A stretch of 47,908 nt of DNA from Chthonomonas calidirosea (GCA_945859975.1 CAMAPH010000021.1:1-47908), one strand, 5' to 3'; counted from the stretch's first letter, positions 19,732 through 29,273 are shown. The notes: generated by a model from the sequence alone, not told the origin. Translations and numbers: made by a program.

Positions 19732-20607
19732 TTACCGGCGCGCGCGGGCGCGAAGAATGATCGCCAAAGAGTTCATAACCAGCAGAATCGCTAGCAACAC
19801 CACGATGGCTCCCGCCGCCGCATCCTGAAACCCTTTCTGAGGCCGCGAAGACCAGTCAAAGATCTGGATTGGCAGAACGGTGAAACGATCATTCACACCC
19901 TCAGGAATAGAAGAAATGTACGTGACCGCGCCGATGGTGATGAGCGGTGCCGATTCGCCGATCGCTCGCGAGAGCGAAAGAATGATGCCGGTCATGATTC
20001 CCGGAAGAGCCGACGGCAATACCTGATACCGAATTGTTTGCCAGCGCGTCGCGCCGAGTCCATAGCTCGCCTCTCGAATCGTGCGTGGCACTGCTTTCAA
20101 CGCTTCTTGTGAAACGATGATGACCATCGGCAAGATGAGCAAAGTCATGGTCAGCGATCCTGCGAGAATCGAGCGACCAAGTCCCGCCAAGCGGACAAAC
20201 AACTCAAGCCCAAGCAGTCCGTAAACGATCGAGGGGACACCGGCCAGGTTGGAAATGTTGATCTGGATGAAATCGGTCAGCTTGCTATCGCGAATCTTAT
20301 ACTCTTCTAAGTAGACGGCGGCCGCCACGCCAATCGGAATTGCCACGACGGCGGTGATCCCCACCACCCAAAGCGATCCCAGAATGGCCGCCTTAACGCC
20401 TGCATTTTGTGGAATTCGTGAGGGGAAACTAGTCAGAAACTGGCTACTCACCCGACCAAACCCGGTAGAGAAAACCGACCAAAGCAAGGAGATCAAGATG
20501 ACCACCGCCAGCAAGACAGATAGCTGACAAAGGAACTCGAACATCTTGTCCTTCACCCAGCGCCGGTTTGCCCTGGTTCGAAGGCGACGAAGCAAAAGAA
20601 AGTTCAC
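19732..20607 (-). CDS. pstA: Phosphate ABC transporter permease PstA
   Basis: NLAGVPSIVYGLLG, EAA-like REASYGLGATRWQ, RAIGESAP; follows pstC with a GTGA overlap. Confidence 0.96.
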   Translation of the reverse strand: MNFLLLRRLRTRANRRWVKDKMFEFLCQLSVLLAVVILISLLWSVFSTGFGRVSSQFLTSFPSRIPQNAGVKAAILGSLWVVGITAVVAIPIGVAAAVYLEEYKIRDSKLTDFIQINISNLAGVPSIVYGLLGLELFVRLAGLGRSILAGSLTMTLLILPMVIIVSQEALKAVPRTIREASYGLGATRWQTIRYQVLPSALPGIMTGIILSLSRAIGESAPLITIGAVTYISSIPEGVNDRFTVLPIQIFDWSSRPQKGFQDAAAGAIVVLLAILLVMNSLAIILRARARR

Positions 20608-21539
20608 GCGTACACCTTTCGGTATTTGCGAACGATCTTGATCGCCACGATATTGAGCCCCATGGTGATGAGGAAGAGCGTGGCTCCGACCGCAAAAATC
20701 GTCAAGAACGGAATAGAGCCGGTAGGCGTGTCGCCTTTGGAAATTTGGACGATGTACGAAGTCATCGTCTGGATGCTCTGGCGATAATCTGCCGTAACGT
20801 TCGGCGTTTGGCCCGCCGCAAGGGTAACTGCCATCGTCTCCCCAACCGCACGGCTCATTGCGAGAATCACCGCCGCCATGATGCCTGAGAGTGCGCTCGG
20901 CAACACGATCTTGCTGGTTACCTCCAGCTTCGTTGAACCAAGCCCATATCCGCCCTCCCGAAGTCCCTTCGGAACCGCACTGATGGCATCTTCACAAAGC
21001 GAGGACACCAGCGGCAGAATCATGATTCCGACGACGATGGAGCCGGACAAGGCATTGAACACTTCAAGCTCCTTGATGAATGTGCGCAGCCCCGGAGTCA
21101 AATACACCAGCGCGATGTAGCCATATACGACAGTGGGAATACCCGCGAGGAGCTCTAACACCGGCTTCGCGATCTTTCGGACCGTGGGATGCGCGTATTC
21201 GCTCAAGAAAATAGCGGTCAAGATTCCAATCGGAACCGCTACGACGCACGCTCCGACGGTGATTAGAGCCGTGCCACAGACCAGCGGGACGATGCCGAAC
21301 TTCGGATCGTTGAAAGTCGGGCTCCATTCGGTTCCGAGAAAGAACTCGGCGGGCGTAACTTTCGACTTTGTGAAGAAGGCAATCGCCTCGGTAGACAGCA
21401 CCAGCACGATGCCGAGCGTGGTGAGAATCGAAATCGCCGCGCAAGCAAAGCAGAGAAATCGGATGAATTTCTCGCTCCGCAAGCGTGTCGGGACCCCGTC
21501 AATCGGCCGATTGCTGCCCGGCTTAGATGATATTGCCAT
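20604..21539 (-). CDS. pstC: Phosphate ABC transporter permease PstC
   Basis: FFLGTEWSP, ELLAGIPTVVYG, REGGYGLGST, SRAVGETMAV. Confidence 0.96.
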   Translation of the reverse strand: MAISSKPGSNRPIDGVPTRLRSEKFIRFLCFACAAISILTTLGIVLVLSTEAIAFFTKSKVTPAEFFLGTEWSPTFNDPKFGIVPLVCGTALITVGACVVAVPIGILTAIFLSEYAHPTVRKIAKPVLELLAGIPTVVYGYIALVYLTPGLRTFIKELEVFNALSGSIVVGIMILPLVSSLCEDAISAVPKGLREGGYGLGSTKLEVTSKIVLPSALSGIMAAVILAMSRAVGETMAVTLAAGQTPNVTADYRQSIQTMTSYIVQISKGDTPTGSIPFLTIFAVGATLFLITMGLNIVAIKIVRKYRKVYA

Positions 21540-21546
21540 ATCCAGA

Positions 21547-21573
21547 TGTCAGCGGCCGATTAAGCCGCTGACA
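21547..21573 (-). other. Stem-loop between pstS and pstC (probable pstS mRNA stabiliser or attenuator)
   Basis: Perfect 10-bp inverted repeat tgtcagcggc / gccgctgaca with a 7-nt loop and no U-tract. Confidence 0.6.
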
Positions 21574-21583
21574 GATTATCTGA

Positions 21584-22648
21584 TTACTTGACCGTTTCTC
21601 GCTTCAGCAGGTCGGTAATGGTGATTCCGGTCTCTGCACCTTGGAACGAAGTGCCGACAACTTTCTTGTCAACTCGCTCCTGGGCGATCGTGTAGGCCTC
21701 GTCTGGAAGCTGAACGTAGCCGGTGGTCGGAACGATTTCCTTTGCCTTTGCAAGCAGGAAGGCGACGAAGGCTTTAACCTCGGGCTTATCGTCGAGCGAC
21801 TTCTTGTTGATGTACAGGAACAGCGGTCGGCTCAGCGGAGCGTACGTGCCGTCGGCGATTGTTTCTGGGCTCGGTGCGATGCCGCCCTTACCGGCGTCAA
21901 CCTTGACGAGCTTAAGCTTGTCCTGGTTCTGTTCGTAGTACGCGTATCCGAAGTAGCCGAGAGAGAACTCGTCTCCGCTGACACCTTGTACCAGCACGTT
22001 GTCGTCCTCGCTCGCCTGATAATCGGTTCGGCTGGACTTTTCCTTGCCGACGATGGCCTTGGTGAAGTAGTCGAAGGTTCCGGAATCGGTTCCAGCGCCG
22101 TAGAGCTTGATCGGTTCGGCCGGGAAGTCGCTTCGAACGTCCTTCCAGGTTTTAACCTTGCTGTTTGGCTCCCAAATCTTCTTCAGTTCTGCAACCGTCA
22201 ACGTCTCAGCAAAGCTGTTCTTGGGGTTGACGATGACGGAAAGGCCATCAAAAGCGATCGGCAGTTCAACGAACTCAATGTTGTTCTTCTTTGCCGCTTC
22301 GATTTCGGATGCTTCAATCGGTCGCGATGCACCGGTGATGTCCAATTCGCCCGCTGCGAACTTCTTGAATCCGCCGCCGGTACCAGAAGACGCGACCGCA
22401 AACTTGACCGCGCTTTGATCCTTGCCGAACTCTTCGGAGAAGGCTTCCGAGATCGGGAAGACCGTGCTTGAGCCATCAATGGAGATCGATCCACTCAGCT
22501 TCTCGGCGGTTGTGGTGGTGGCATTGGTGCCGCCCTCCGTCTTTTCTGTGGAGGAAGAATCCCCGCTATTGCATCCGGCAACAAAAATGGCCACCGTAGC
22601 TGCAACCAGGCTGGCAAAAGAGATTTTTCGGAGTCGTTGGTCAACCAT
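21584..22648 (-). CDS. pstS: Phosphate ABC transporter substrate-binding lipoprotein PstS
   Basis: Lipobox VAGC, IDGSSTVFP, SGTGGG, SGTFDYF, YAPLSRPLF. Confidence 0.96.
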   Translation of the reverse strand: MVDQRLRKISFASLVAATVAIFVAGCNSGDSSSTEKTEGGTNATTTTAEKLSGSISIDGSSTVFPISEAFSEEFGKDQSAVKFAVASSGTGGGFKKFAAGELDITGASRPIEASEIEAAKKNNIEFVELPIAFDGLSVIVNPKNSFAETLTVAELKKIWEPNSKVKTWKDVRSDFPAEPIKLYGAGTDSGTFDYFTKAIVGKEKSSRTDYQASEDDNVLVQGVSGDEFSLGYFGYAYYEQNQDKLKLVKVDAGKGGIAPSPETIADGTYAPLSRPLFLYINKKSLDDKPEVKAFVAFLLAKAKEIVPTTGYVQLPDEAYTIAQERVDKKVVGTSFQGAETGITITDLLKRETVK

Positions 22649-22672
22649 GCTCTGCGGTAGGTTACAGCCCGA

Positions 22673-22692
22673 GCGTTAACGGACTGTTAAGA
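22673..22692 (-). promoter_or_regulatory. Putative Pho box upstream of pstS
   Basis: Minus strand reads CTTAACAGTCC-GTTAACGC: two TTAAC units with an exact 11-bp period (gttaa at 22675 and 22686 on +), about 25-45 nt upstream of the pstS ATG. Confidence 0.6.
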
Positions 22693-22726
22693 ATTCTCAT
22701 ACCGGTAGGGCTGGTTTACTACCGGA

Positions 22727-23545
22727 GTGCGATTTCGGGATCTCATCTTTAGCCTTGGAGCGGTGGGTGCGGGAATGTTCGTTTACGGGGCGATCTGTGA
22801 ACGGAAGAACCTCCAGGTCCGCCACTTTCAGCTCCCGTTACCGGGCTGGCCGAGCACTAGGGCTGGGTATCGCATTGCGCTCCTGGCCGACTTTCATGTT
22901 CAAAATCTCGACACCGCGGAGCTTGCCTCGCAGGCGATTCACCTCGCCATTGCCGAGCAGCCGGACATGATCGTGCTGGCCGGAGATTTCGTCGACGACT
23001 GGTTTCCAAGTCTCCCGCCGCTCCTCGGCGATGTGCTCGCGCCGCTTCACCAGATGAAAGGACGAGTGGTTGCCATCCCCGGAAACCACGATTACTTCAG
23101 CGCCCCGCCCGATGCGTTAGCCACCATTTGTCATGAACTCGGGATTGTGTTACTTCGAAATTCCTGCGAAGTCTTGGACGGAATCTGCTGGGTAGGAGTC
23201 GACAGTTACCAAGCTAGAGCCTCCAAGCCGGATCAAGCTATGAAGGCCGCTCAGGCTTTGGGCCCGGATCTGCCTAAAGTTGTGCTCTGGCACGAACCCG
23301 ACGCGGTTGATTTCTTACCGACGGGTGCCAACCTGATGCTGAGCGGCCATTCTCACGGTGGGCAGTTCGTGCTGCCGGGCGGTTGGGCACCGAAGCACAG
23401 CACCATGGGCCGCAAGTATGTGCGCGGGTTCTATCCGCATGCGAAGACGCCGATCTTTGTCACCAGCGGGGTTGGCACAACCTTCCTGCCTTCCCGGTTC
23501 AATTGCCCGCCCGAGGTCGCGATCTTAACCCTAAACCCCGCTTAG
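22727..23545 (+). CDS. Metallophosphoesterase (YkuE/YaeI-like, calcineurin-like)
   Basis: DxH (ADFH), GDxxD (AGDFVD), GNHD, WHEPD and SGHSHGGQ; N-terminal anchor or signal. Confidence 0.93.
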   Translation: MRFRDLIFSLGAVGAGMFVYGAICERKNLQVRHFQLPLPGWPSTRAGYRIALLADFHVQNLDTAELASQAIHLAIAEQPDMIVLAGDFVDDWFPSLPPLLGDVLAPLHQMKGRVVAIPGNHDYFSAPPDALATICHELGIVLLRNSCEVLDGICWVGVDSYQARASKPDQAMKAAQALGPDLPKVVLWHEPDAVDFLPTGANLMLSGHSHGGQFVLPGGWAPKHSTMGRKYVRGFYPHAKTPIFVTSGVGTTFLPSRFNCPPEVAILTLNPA

Positions 23546-25731
23546 TGCAGGTTGCGCAGGATCACTTCGCGCAGATCACGCTGCCGCATTGGCTTGGCGA
23601 GATGATCGTCCATTCCTGCTTCAAGCGCTTGGATCTTGGCCGACTCCATCGCGTGCGCAGAAAGAGCAATGATCGCACTTCGATGGCCGGTCCCGACTTC
23701 CATCTCGCGCAATCGGCGGGCGGTTTCGAACCCGTCCATTCCCGGCATCTGAATGTCCATAAGCACTGCCCTAAAGCTTCCAGGAATGAACTTCTCGAGC
23801 GCGGCTTCACCACTATCGCAAACAACGACCTCGCAACCCATCTGGACCAGCGACTCGCGGGCCACCATCTGATTGACGAAATTGTCTTCAACCAACAAAA
23901 TTCGCAACCCGAGATCGGCTTTCATTCCCGATAGTTCATCGGTGCGCGATCGCAAAGGAGCCTTGGTTTCCGGGAGTGGAAGGTGGATGCGGAAAGTAGT
24001 CCCGACATTGACTTCACTTTCCAGCTCAACCTCGCCGTGCATAAGATTGACGAGGCTCTTGACAATGGTGAGTCCAAGTCCTGTTCCGCCATATTGTCGC
24101 GCCGTGGAGCCATCTGCTTGAGTAAAGCTCTGGAAGATCGCTTCAATCCGGTCGGTGCTAATCCCGATTCCGGTATCGCGGATCATGAGAGTCACGTGGC
24201 CCGGACGAACCCCGTCCACCAGCTTTACGTAAACGCCACCTTTTGCCGTGAACTTGATGGCGTTGGACGTGAGGTTCGCCACGATCTGCCGCACTCTGAC
24301 TCGGTCACCGAGATAAGCTCGTTTTACGGTTGGATCAATTTCGACGTCCAGTTCGATCCGGCTCCGAGCCGCTTCGGCGTAGTGGATTCCACAGGTCGAA
24401 CGGACGCAGTCGGCTAAATCAAACGGCTCGATAGAAAGCTCCAGCTTTCCTGCCTCAATCTTAGACACATCGAGCACATCGTCGAGGATGCGGAGCAGAA
24501 ACTCGCCGCTCGATAGGATCGTATTGAGGTACCGAATCTGGGTGCTCGTCAGCTCCGTTTGTCCAAGAAGTTCGCCCGTTCCGAGAATTCCGTTTAACGG
24601 GGTCCGAATTTCGTGGCTCATGTTCGCCAAGAACTCGGATTTCAGTTGGGAGGCTCGAACGGCCGTTTCCCGCGCGTGTTCGACCTCGTCTTGTTGTCTG
24701 CGACTCTGAATGCATAGTCGGACGTAGTTGGCCGTTTCCCGCAGGTACTGCAGTTCGGCTTCGGACGGCACACGTGATTTGCTGAAGTAGACCGCGAAAG
24801 TCGCAATTACTTCGCCTGACGGCCCGAAAACCGGCATGGACCAGCATGCTCCCAGGTTGAATTGTTCAATAAGATGAGTGAAATTACGCCACTTTGGATC
24901 TGTTCGCAGATCTGGCGAAATCACCATCTGGCGCGAGAACGCCGCGGTACCACAGGATCCTGTGTCCGCCGCAATCGCGATGCCGTCGACCAAGCGTCCG
25001 TACTCGGGCGGCAGCTTCCCCGCGGCCCCCGTCCGTAGCTTTCCTTCTTGCACCAACATGACCGTGCACATTGAGCCGCTAATCAGGAACTCAAGCAATT
25101 CATTTACGGCCTGAAGCACAACCGGCAGATCTGCCCCCTCGGCAAGTAAGCGGAGGGCTCGTGACTGGAGCTCGCCCTGCCGCTCTCGAACGCTGCGTTG
25201 TAGCAACTCCCGCTCTAACTTTTTGGCCAGCAAGCGACTCTCAAACTGATGCATAACCAAACGGCCTAGCTTCTCCAGCGCCGCAAGAACTTCGGGCGAG
25301 TGGTGACGGGCGCGACGGTCAATCGCACACAGCGCACCGAGAACGTCACCCGTTTCGGTGATGAGCGGAACGCCAATGTAGGAACGCACCAGACCGTCGA
25401 TGACAAGCTGGTTGTCGGCGAACCGGCCGTCCGCCAGGGCGTCGGGCACTACGAACGGTCGTTTTGTCGGGATGGTGTGCTGACAAAACGACAGGCTGCG
25501 TGCCGTCGTCGCATTCTCTATTCCAATACGGGATTTGAAAAATTGTCTGTCGCGATGCACCAAGCTAACCATGGCCGTCGGCGCATCGCACAGCTCAGCT
25601 ACGAGTTGAACGACATCTTCGAGCTGCTCATCTAGGTCAGCCGAAATGATATCAAAGGCATCAAGAACCGCGATTCTTCGGTCCTCCGCTTCCGCGGATA
25701 AGTACGGAAACGGATCGCTCTCGCTGTCCAC
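23542..25731 (-). CDS. Hybrid sensor histidine kinase (GAF-GAF-HisKA-HATPase-REC)
   Basis: H-box FLANMSHEIRTPLNG, N-box NLTSNAIKFT, G1 DTGIGI, G2 GGTGLGL, receiver VEDN/LMDIQMP/KP, and two GAF domains. Start chosen at GTG 25731 after GGGAG (ORF extends to 25815). Confidence 0.93.
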   Translation of the reverse strand: MDSESDPFPYLSAEAEDRRIAVLDAFDIISADLDEQLEDVVQLVAELCDAPTAMVSLVHRDRQFFKSRIGIENATTARSLSFCQHTIPTKRPFVVPDALADGRFADNQLVIDGLVRSYIGVPLITETGDVLGALCAIDRRARHHSPEVLAALEKLGRLVMHQFESRLLAKKLERELLQRSVRERQGELQSRALRLLAEGADLPVVLQAVNELLEFLISGSMCTVMLVQEGKLRTGAAGKLPPEYGRLVDGIAIAADTGSCGTAAFSRQMVISPDLRTDPKWRNFTHLIEQFNLGACWSMPVFGPSGEVIATFAVYFSKSRVPSEAELQYLRETANYVRLCIQSRRQQDEVEHARETAVRASQLKSEFLANMSHEIRTPLNGILGTGELLGQTELTSTQIRYLNTILSSGEFLLRILDDVLDVSKIEAGKLELSIEPFDLADCVRSTCGIHYAEAARSRIELDVEIDPTVKRAYLGDRVRVRQIVANLTSNAIKFTAKGGVYVKLVDGVRPGHVTLMIRDTGIGISTDRIEAIFQSFTQADGSTARQYGGTGLGLTIVKSLVNLMHGEVELESEVNVGTTFRIHLPLPETKAPLRSRTDELSGMKADLGLRILLVEDNFVNQMVARESLVQMGCEVVVCDSGEAALEKFIPGSFRAVLMDIQMPGMDGFETARRLREMEVGTGHRSAIIALSAHAMESAKIQALEAGMDDHLAKPMRQRDLREVILRNLH

Positions 25732-25879
25732 AACTCGCTCCCGTCCCGACAAACTTGGCCCGACTTTGCAACCATTTATGCGCCTTTGCATGGAGCAGTG
25801 TATGACACCTGGCACGAACCTGTCTAGCCATAATATGGTGGGTATCGCGTTTGTTGCGGGTATCTTGCCGATAAAGTAC

Positions 25880-25955
25880 GCCCCTGTAGCTCAGCGGATA
25901 GAGCGGCCGCCTTCTAAGCGGTAGGTCGGAGGTTCGATTCCTCTCGGGGGCGCCA
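25880..25955 (+). tRNA. tRNA-Arg (anticodon TCT)
   Basis: Acceptor stem GCCCCTG/CGGGGGC, D-arm GCTCAGCGGATAGAGC, anticodon arm GCCGC-CTTCTAA-GCGGT, T-loop GGTTCGATTCC, encoded CCA; 76 nt. Confidence 0.97.
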
Positions 25956-26001
25956 TTCTCTGCGTGTTCCAAACCGTTCGCTAAGCGACGGGCTCTGCTC
26001 C

Positions 26002-26051
26002 AAAAAATTATTATTTACATTTCCCGCGTAGGGAGGGCGATGTAAATTTTT
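26002..26051. terminator. Possible bidirectional terminator between convergent tRNA-Arg and crcB
   Basis: atttacat (26013-26020) pairs with atgtaaat (26040-26047) around an inner ttccc/gggag stem. Flanked by an A-tract on the left and a T-tract on the right. Confidence 0.4.
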
Positions 26052-26124
26052 CGGTTTCAAACGGTCGCGCCCAACCTTAAGACGCTTGAGCGGAGAAACG
26101 TCAACCTGTAAATTTGCGATCGGT

Positions 26125-26496
26125 TTAGCTTGCTTTGCTGGCCGTAGTCATCGCGAAACCGGACCAGGCCGCTCCGAGTCCAAGGCATAAGCTGGCAGCG
26201 ACGTAGCCAAGTGCAGGGCCAAGGTGGCCGTTGCGTTCGAGTTGGATGGTTTCGATGGAAAAGGCGGAGAACGTCGTAAAGCCTCCGAGGAATCCCACGA
26301 CCGCAACGAGCCTCCACGGATCGCCGGGCGCGAAGAGCGCGGCGGCAACGCCGGCTAGGAGGGAACCGAGAACGTTGATCCCCAAGGTCGCCCACGGAAA
26401 GCCGTCCGCGCTCGGAAGCATCGCGGAGATCTGAAACCGGCAAACTCCTCCGAGACCTGCGCCTAGGAAAACGCTGAGATACTCAACCACCTTCAT
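26125..26496 (-). CDS. crcB: Fluoride efflux channel CrcB/FluC
   Basis: GAGLGGVCRF, FPWATLGINVLGS, GFLGGFTTFSAF signature; 123 aa, about 4 TM. Confidence 0.95.
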   Translation of the reverse strand: MKVVEYLSVFLGAGLGGVCRFQISAMLPSADGFPWATLGINVLGSLLAGVAAALFAPGDPWRLVAVVGFLGGFTTFSAFSIETIQLERNGHLGPALGYVAASLCLGLGAAWSGFAMTTASKAS

Positions 26497-28022
26497 GCCT
26501 CGCCTTCATCAAACGGAAGGGACAACAGCTCCGGCGATTTGAACCGGGCCACCGGTGGCTCAATCTCCAAGATCTCTTTGGGGGGATCGCCTTGCTTTGC
26601 ACCGAGGGCCTCCAGTTTCCGGGCCCGGCTCAGCACATTTCGCTCAAGGGAACCGACCGAGTCGTTGTAGGCATTGACGGCGGTCTTCAATCCCGAACCT
26701 ACCTTCGTTACGTGCTCGGCGTAGGACCGGATTCCGGCGTACATTTGCTTGCCAATATCACTGATTTCGTGGGCAGATTTGTTAAGCTTTTCCTGATCTA
26801 AAACGTACGAAACCGATCTGAGCAAGGAGATCAAGGTCATCGGATTCGCCATGAAGACCTTCTCCGAAACGGCGTTTTGGTAAAGCGCCGGATCGTGCTC
26901 GACGGCGGTCAGATACATCGCCTCGTGGGGCAAGAACATCACAACGAAGTCGGCCCCGTCGTACTGCCGCTGGTAGTCCTTCTGCGACAGTTGCCGCGCG
27001 TGTCCTCGGACCGAGGCTAGGAATCGATTCATGGCGGCGGCCCGTTGCTCTTCCGTTTCTGCGTTCGTGAGCTCTTGATACGGGTCAAACGGGGTCTTGC
27101 TATCAATCACAATCGAACGATTATTGGGCAAGTGCACAACGGCGTCGGCGCGCAGTTTGCCGTCTTCCCGGTCGGTCGAGTCTTGCAGGGTGTAGTTCAC
27201 GCCTTCCTGCAAGCCTGAGTTTGAGAGAACCGTCTTGAGCATCGTCTCGCCCCAGCTACCGCGGGTTTGCGGCTTTTTAAGCGCATTGCTCAGCGAGGTC
27301 GTGACGCCGAACAGCGACTGCAATTGCTGCGTTAACTGGCCAGTTTGGTTCGCGAGCTTCTCATCGGAGTTCTGAACTTTGGCGTCGAGCTTGGCGAGGT
27401 TCTCGGCAATCGGCTTGACCATCTGCTCGATCGACTTCTTACGTTCTTCGAAATCCGCGTCGGCAACAGATCGGCTCGATTTCTGACTTCGTTCGGCCGC
27501 TTCCAGCAGCTTCTTTTGTGCCTCATCGAGGGCTTCCGTGGAGAGGGTTTTGAAGGCATCCTTGAGTTGCAACTGCGCGGTGGCCAGGAGCTCCTTTTGC
27601 TCTTCCACGTGGGATTGCATGGCGGCAAGCTGAGCCTTATTCGCCTCGTTAAGTTGCTCAATCTGCTTCTGCATAGACGCCCGTTCAGACTGAAGCAGCT
27701 CGGCAACTTGCTGGTCCTTTGCGTTGAGCGTCAGTTCGGATTGCGTCCGAAGGTTTCGAAGATCGGTTTCGGCCTCGGTCTTAGCTTTATCGAGGGTCTT
27801 GAGGTTCCCTTCAAGAACTCGAAACTCTGCTTCGCGATCTGCCAGTTCTTTCTCTAACTTTGGCACTTGCTCTAGCCTAGTTTCGCTGGTTGTGAGACGC
27901 TCTCGAATTTCCTGCAATTCGGCCTGGCTCTTCTTGGTTGCCTGCAAAGTGGCCCCCACCGCGCCGAGGACTGCGCCAATAACCAAGGCGAGAATGCTGA
28001 TGATAATTGAGGTGCTATCCAT
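26493..28022 (-). CDS. rmuC: DNA recombination protein RmuC
   Basis: N-terminal TM, long coiled coil, RGSWGE, RADAVVHLP...IDSKTP, FVVMFLPHEA and PMTL motifs. Confidence 0.94.
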   Translation of the reverse strand: MDSTSIIISILALVIGAVLGAVGATLQATKKSQAELQEIRERLTTSETRLEQVPKLEKELADREAEFRVLEGNLKTLDKAKTEAETDLRNLRTQSELTLNAKDQQVAELLQSERASMQKQIEQLNEANKAQLAAMQSHVEEQKELLATAQLQLKDAFKTLSTEALDEAQKKLLEAAERSQKSSRSVADADFEERKKSIEQMVKPIAENLAKLDAKVQNSDEKLANQTGQLTQQLQSLFGVTTSLSNALKKPQTRGSWGETMLKTVLSNSGLQEGVNYTLQDSTDREDGKLRADAVVHLPNNRSIVIDSKTPFDPYQELTNAETEEQRAAAMNRFLASVRGHARQLSQKDYQRQYDGADFVVMFLPHEAMYLTAVEHDPALYQNAVSEKVFMANPMTLISLLRSVSYVLDQEKLNKSAHEISDIGKQMYAGIRSYAEHVTKVGSGLKTAVNAYNDSVGSLERNVLSRARKLEALGAKQGDPPKEILEIEPPVARFKSPELLSLPFDEGEA

Positions 28023-28040
28023 CGAAATCTGTAGACGAAA

Positions 28041-28871
28041 CTATACTAAAATCGCGAGGGCTTCTGCTCCGGATTTGCCATCGTGCACGATCGACATCAG
28101 GGCCTGAGTCATGAGCGTTGGCGTCGGGTGCTGAATCACGTTTCGGCCGTAAACGATTCCGCTTGCGCCTTGAACCATTAGAGCGGCGGTTCGAACGAGG
28201 ATCTCTTCGTCGGTTGCCCGGCCACCACCTCGGACCAAGACCGGGAACCCGCCAGCGATCTCCACCACCCGGTGAAACTCCGAGATTTCGGAGCATGGAT
28301 CGCACTTGATAATATCTGCCCCAAGTTCAACTGCCATGCGCACAAGCGGAAGGATCTTCTTGATCTCGCCGTCCACCTGGTACCCGCCGGAGACCTCATT
28401 CGACTGCATCACCAACGGCTCAACCATTAAGGGCATGCCAAACCTGTCGCATTCCGACTTCAACGCACAAACGTTTTTAACGCACTGATTCAAGAGTTCA
28501 GATTGTCCGGGCAGTGACAGGAGGTTCACCACGATACAAGCCGCATCTAGCTGCAGAGCTTGCTCAACGGCGTTTTGAATGAGCTCCGAATGCAGGGTTG
28601 CCGGCAGCATTGACCCGTACACATTGGCCGTGTCGGTACGCAAGACCAGTGCTGGCTTTCTGGGCCCCGGGATGGACTGCAGAATGCGCGCCGAACCGGG
28701 CGGAAGCTGGATTGCATCGGGCGAAGCCGCCACAACTGCAGCGATCGCCCGCGCCGGGTCTTCGATGCCACTTAAAAAAGTCGATTCATTGAAGAACCCA
28801 TGGTCGATTGCAACGTCAAAACACTTACCATCGGGTGCAAAGAGACGGTTCAAACGGTACGACAAGCTCAC
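28041..28871 (-). CDS. Class I (DhnA/LsrF-type) aldolase
   Basis: AIDHG, MPLMVEP, ELGADIIK (Schiff-base Lys), VRGG, YGRNVIQ. Confidence 0.9.
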   Translation of the reverse strand: MSLSYRLNRLFAPDGKCFDVAIDHGFFNESTFLSGIEDPARAIAAVVAASPDAIQLPPGSARILQSIPGPRKPALVLRTDTANVYGSMLPATLHSELIQNAVEQALQLDAACIVVNLLSLPGQSELLNQCVKNVCALKSECDRFGMPLMVEPLVMQSNEVSGGYQVDGEIKKILPLVRMAVELGADIIKCDPCSEISEFHRVVEIAGGFPVLVRGGGRATDEEILVRTAALMVQGASGIVYGRNVIQHPTPTLMTQALMSIVHDGKSGAEALAILV

Positions 28872-29006
28872 CGCACGATTCTATCTTCTTCTTAGAACTT
28901 CGAGTTAATTGCGGTTTTTGTAGTAAAATTCAGCAAGTTTGATGTTTGTTACCTCCACGAGTACTCGTTGGCGAACGTAATCTGCATTATTCCGTTGGAA
29001 CTACAA

Positions 29007-29273
29007 ATGAAGAAGCTTTCAATGACGAAAGGTTCAATCGCTCTTCGCTGGTCGCCGCAGGCAGAATCATTCTCCGCGACTCCCGGTGAATCGATGAAAT
29101 ACTTGCTCCTCCTCAATGGAGTGGCCGGGCTTCATCGCGACCGCTCCGAAACCACCGCCGTTTGCATGCCCGAAGGGTGCGGACCAAAATGGCTTCTCGA
29201 CTCTCTCGCTCAGTCGAATCCGGAAGTCCTTCCGGGCGAAGACGGCCCCATTGCTCTAGTCCTTGTTCTCTAA
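29007..29273 (+). CDS. Small hypothetical protein (uncertain)
   Basis: Only ORF filling the gap between the aldolase and the lpxC 3' end; overlaps lpxC by 18 nt; no recognisable motif. ORF extends upstream to TTG 28968. Confidence 0.35.
   Translation: MKKLSMTKGSIALRWSPQAESFSATPGESMKYLLLLNGVAGLHRDRSETTAVCMPEGCGPKWLLDSLAQSNPEVLPGEDGPIALVLVL

Noticed and set aside
21641..22471. 276-aa plus-strand ORF
   Set aside because: Antisense to pstS, explained by codon bias on the real strand.
25880..26124. Prophage or island integrated at tRNA-Arg(TCT)
   Set aside because: No integrase, no duplicated tRNA 3' end seen in the window, and housekeeping genes resume within 170 bp.
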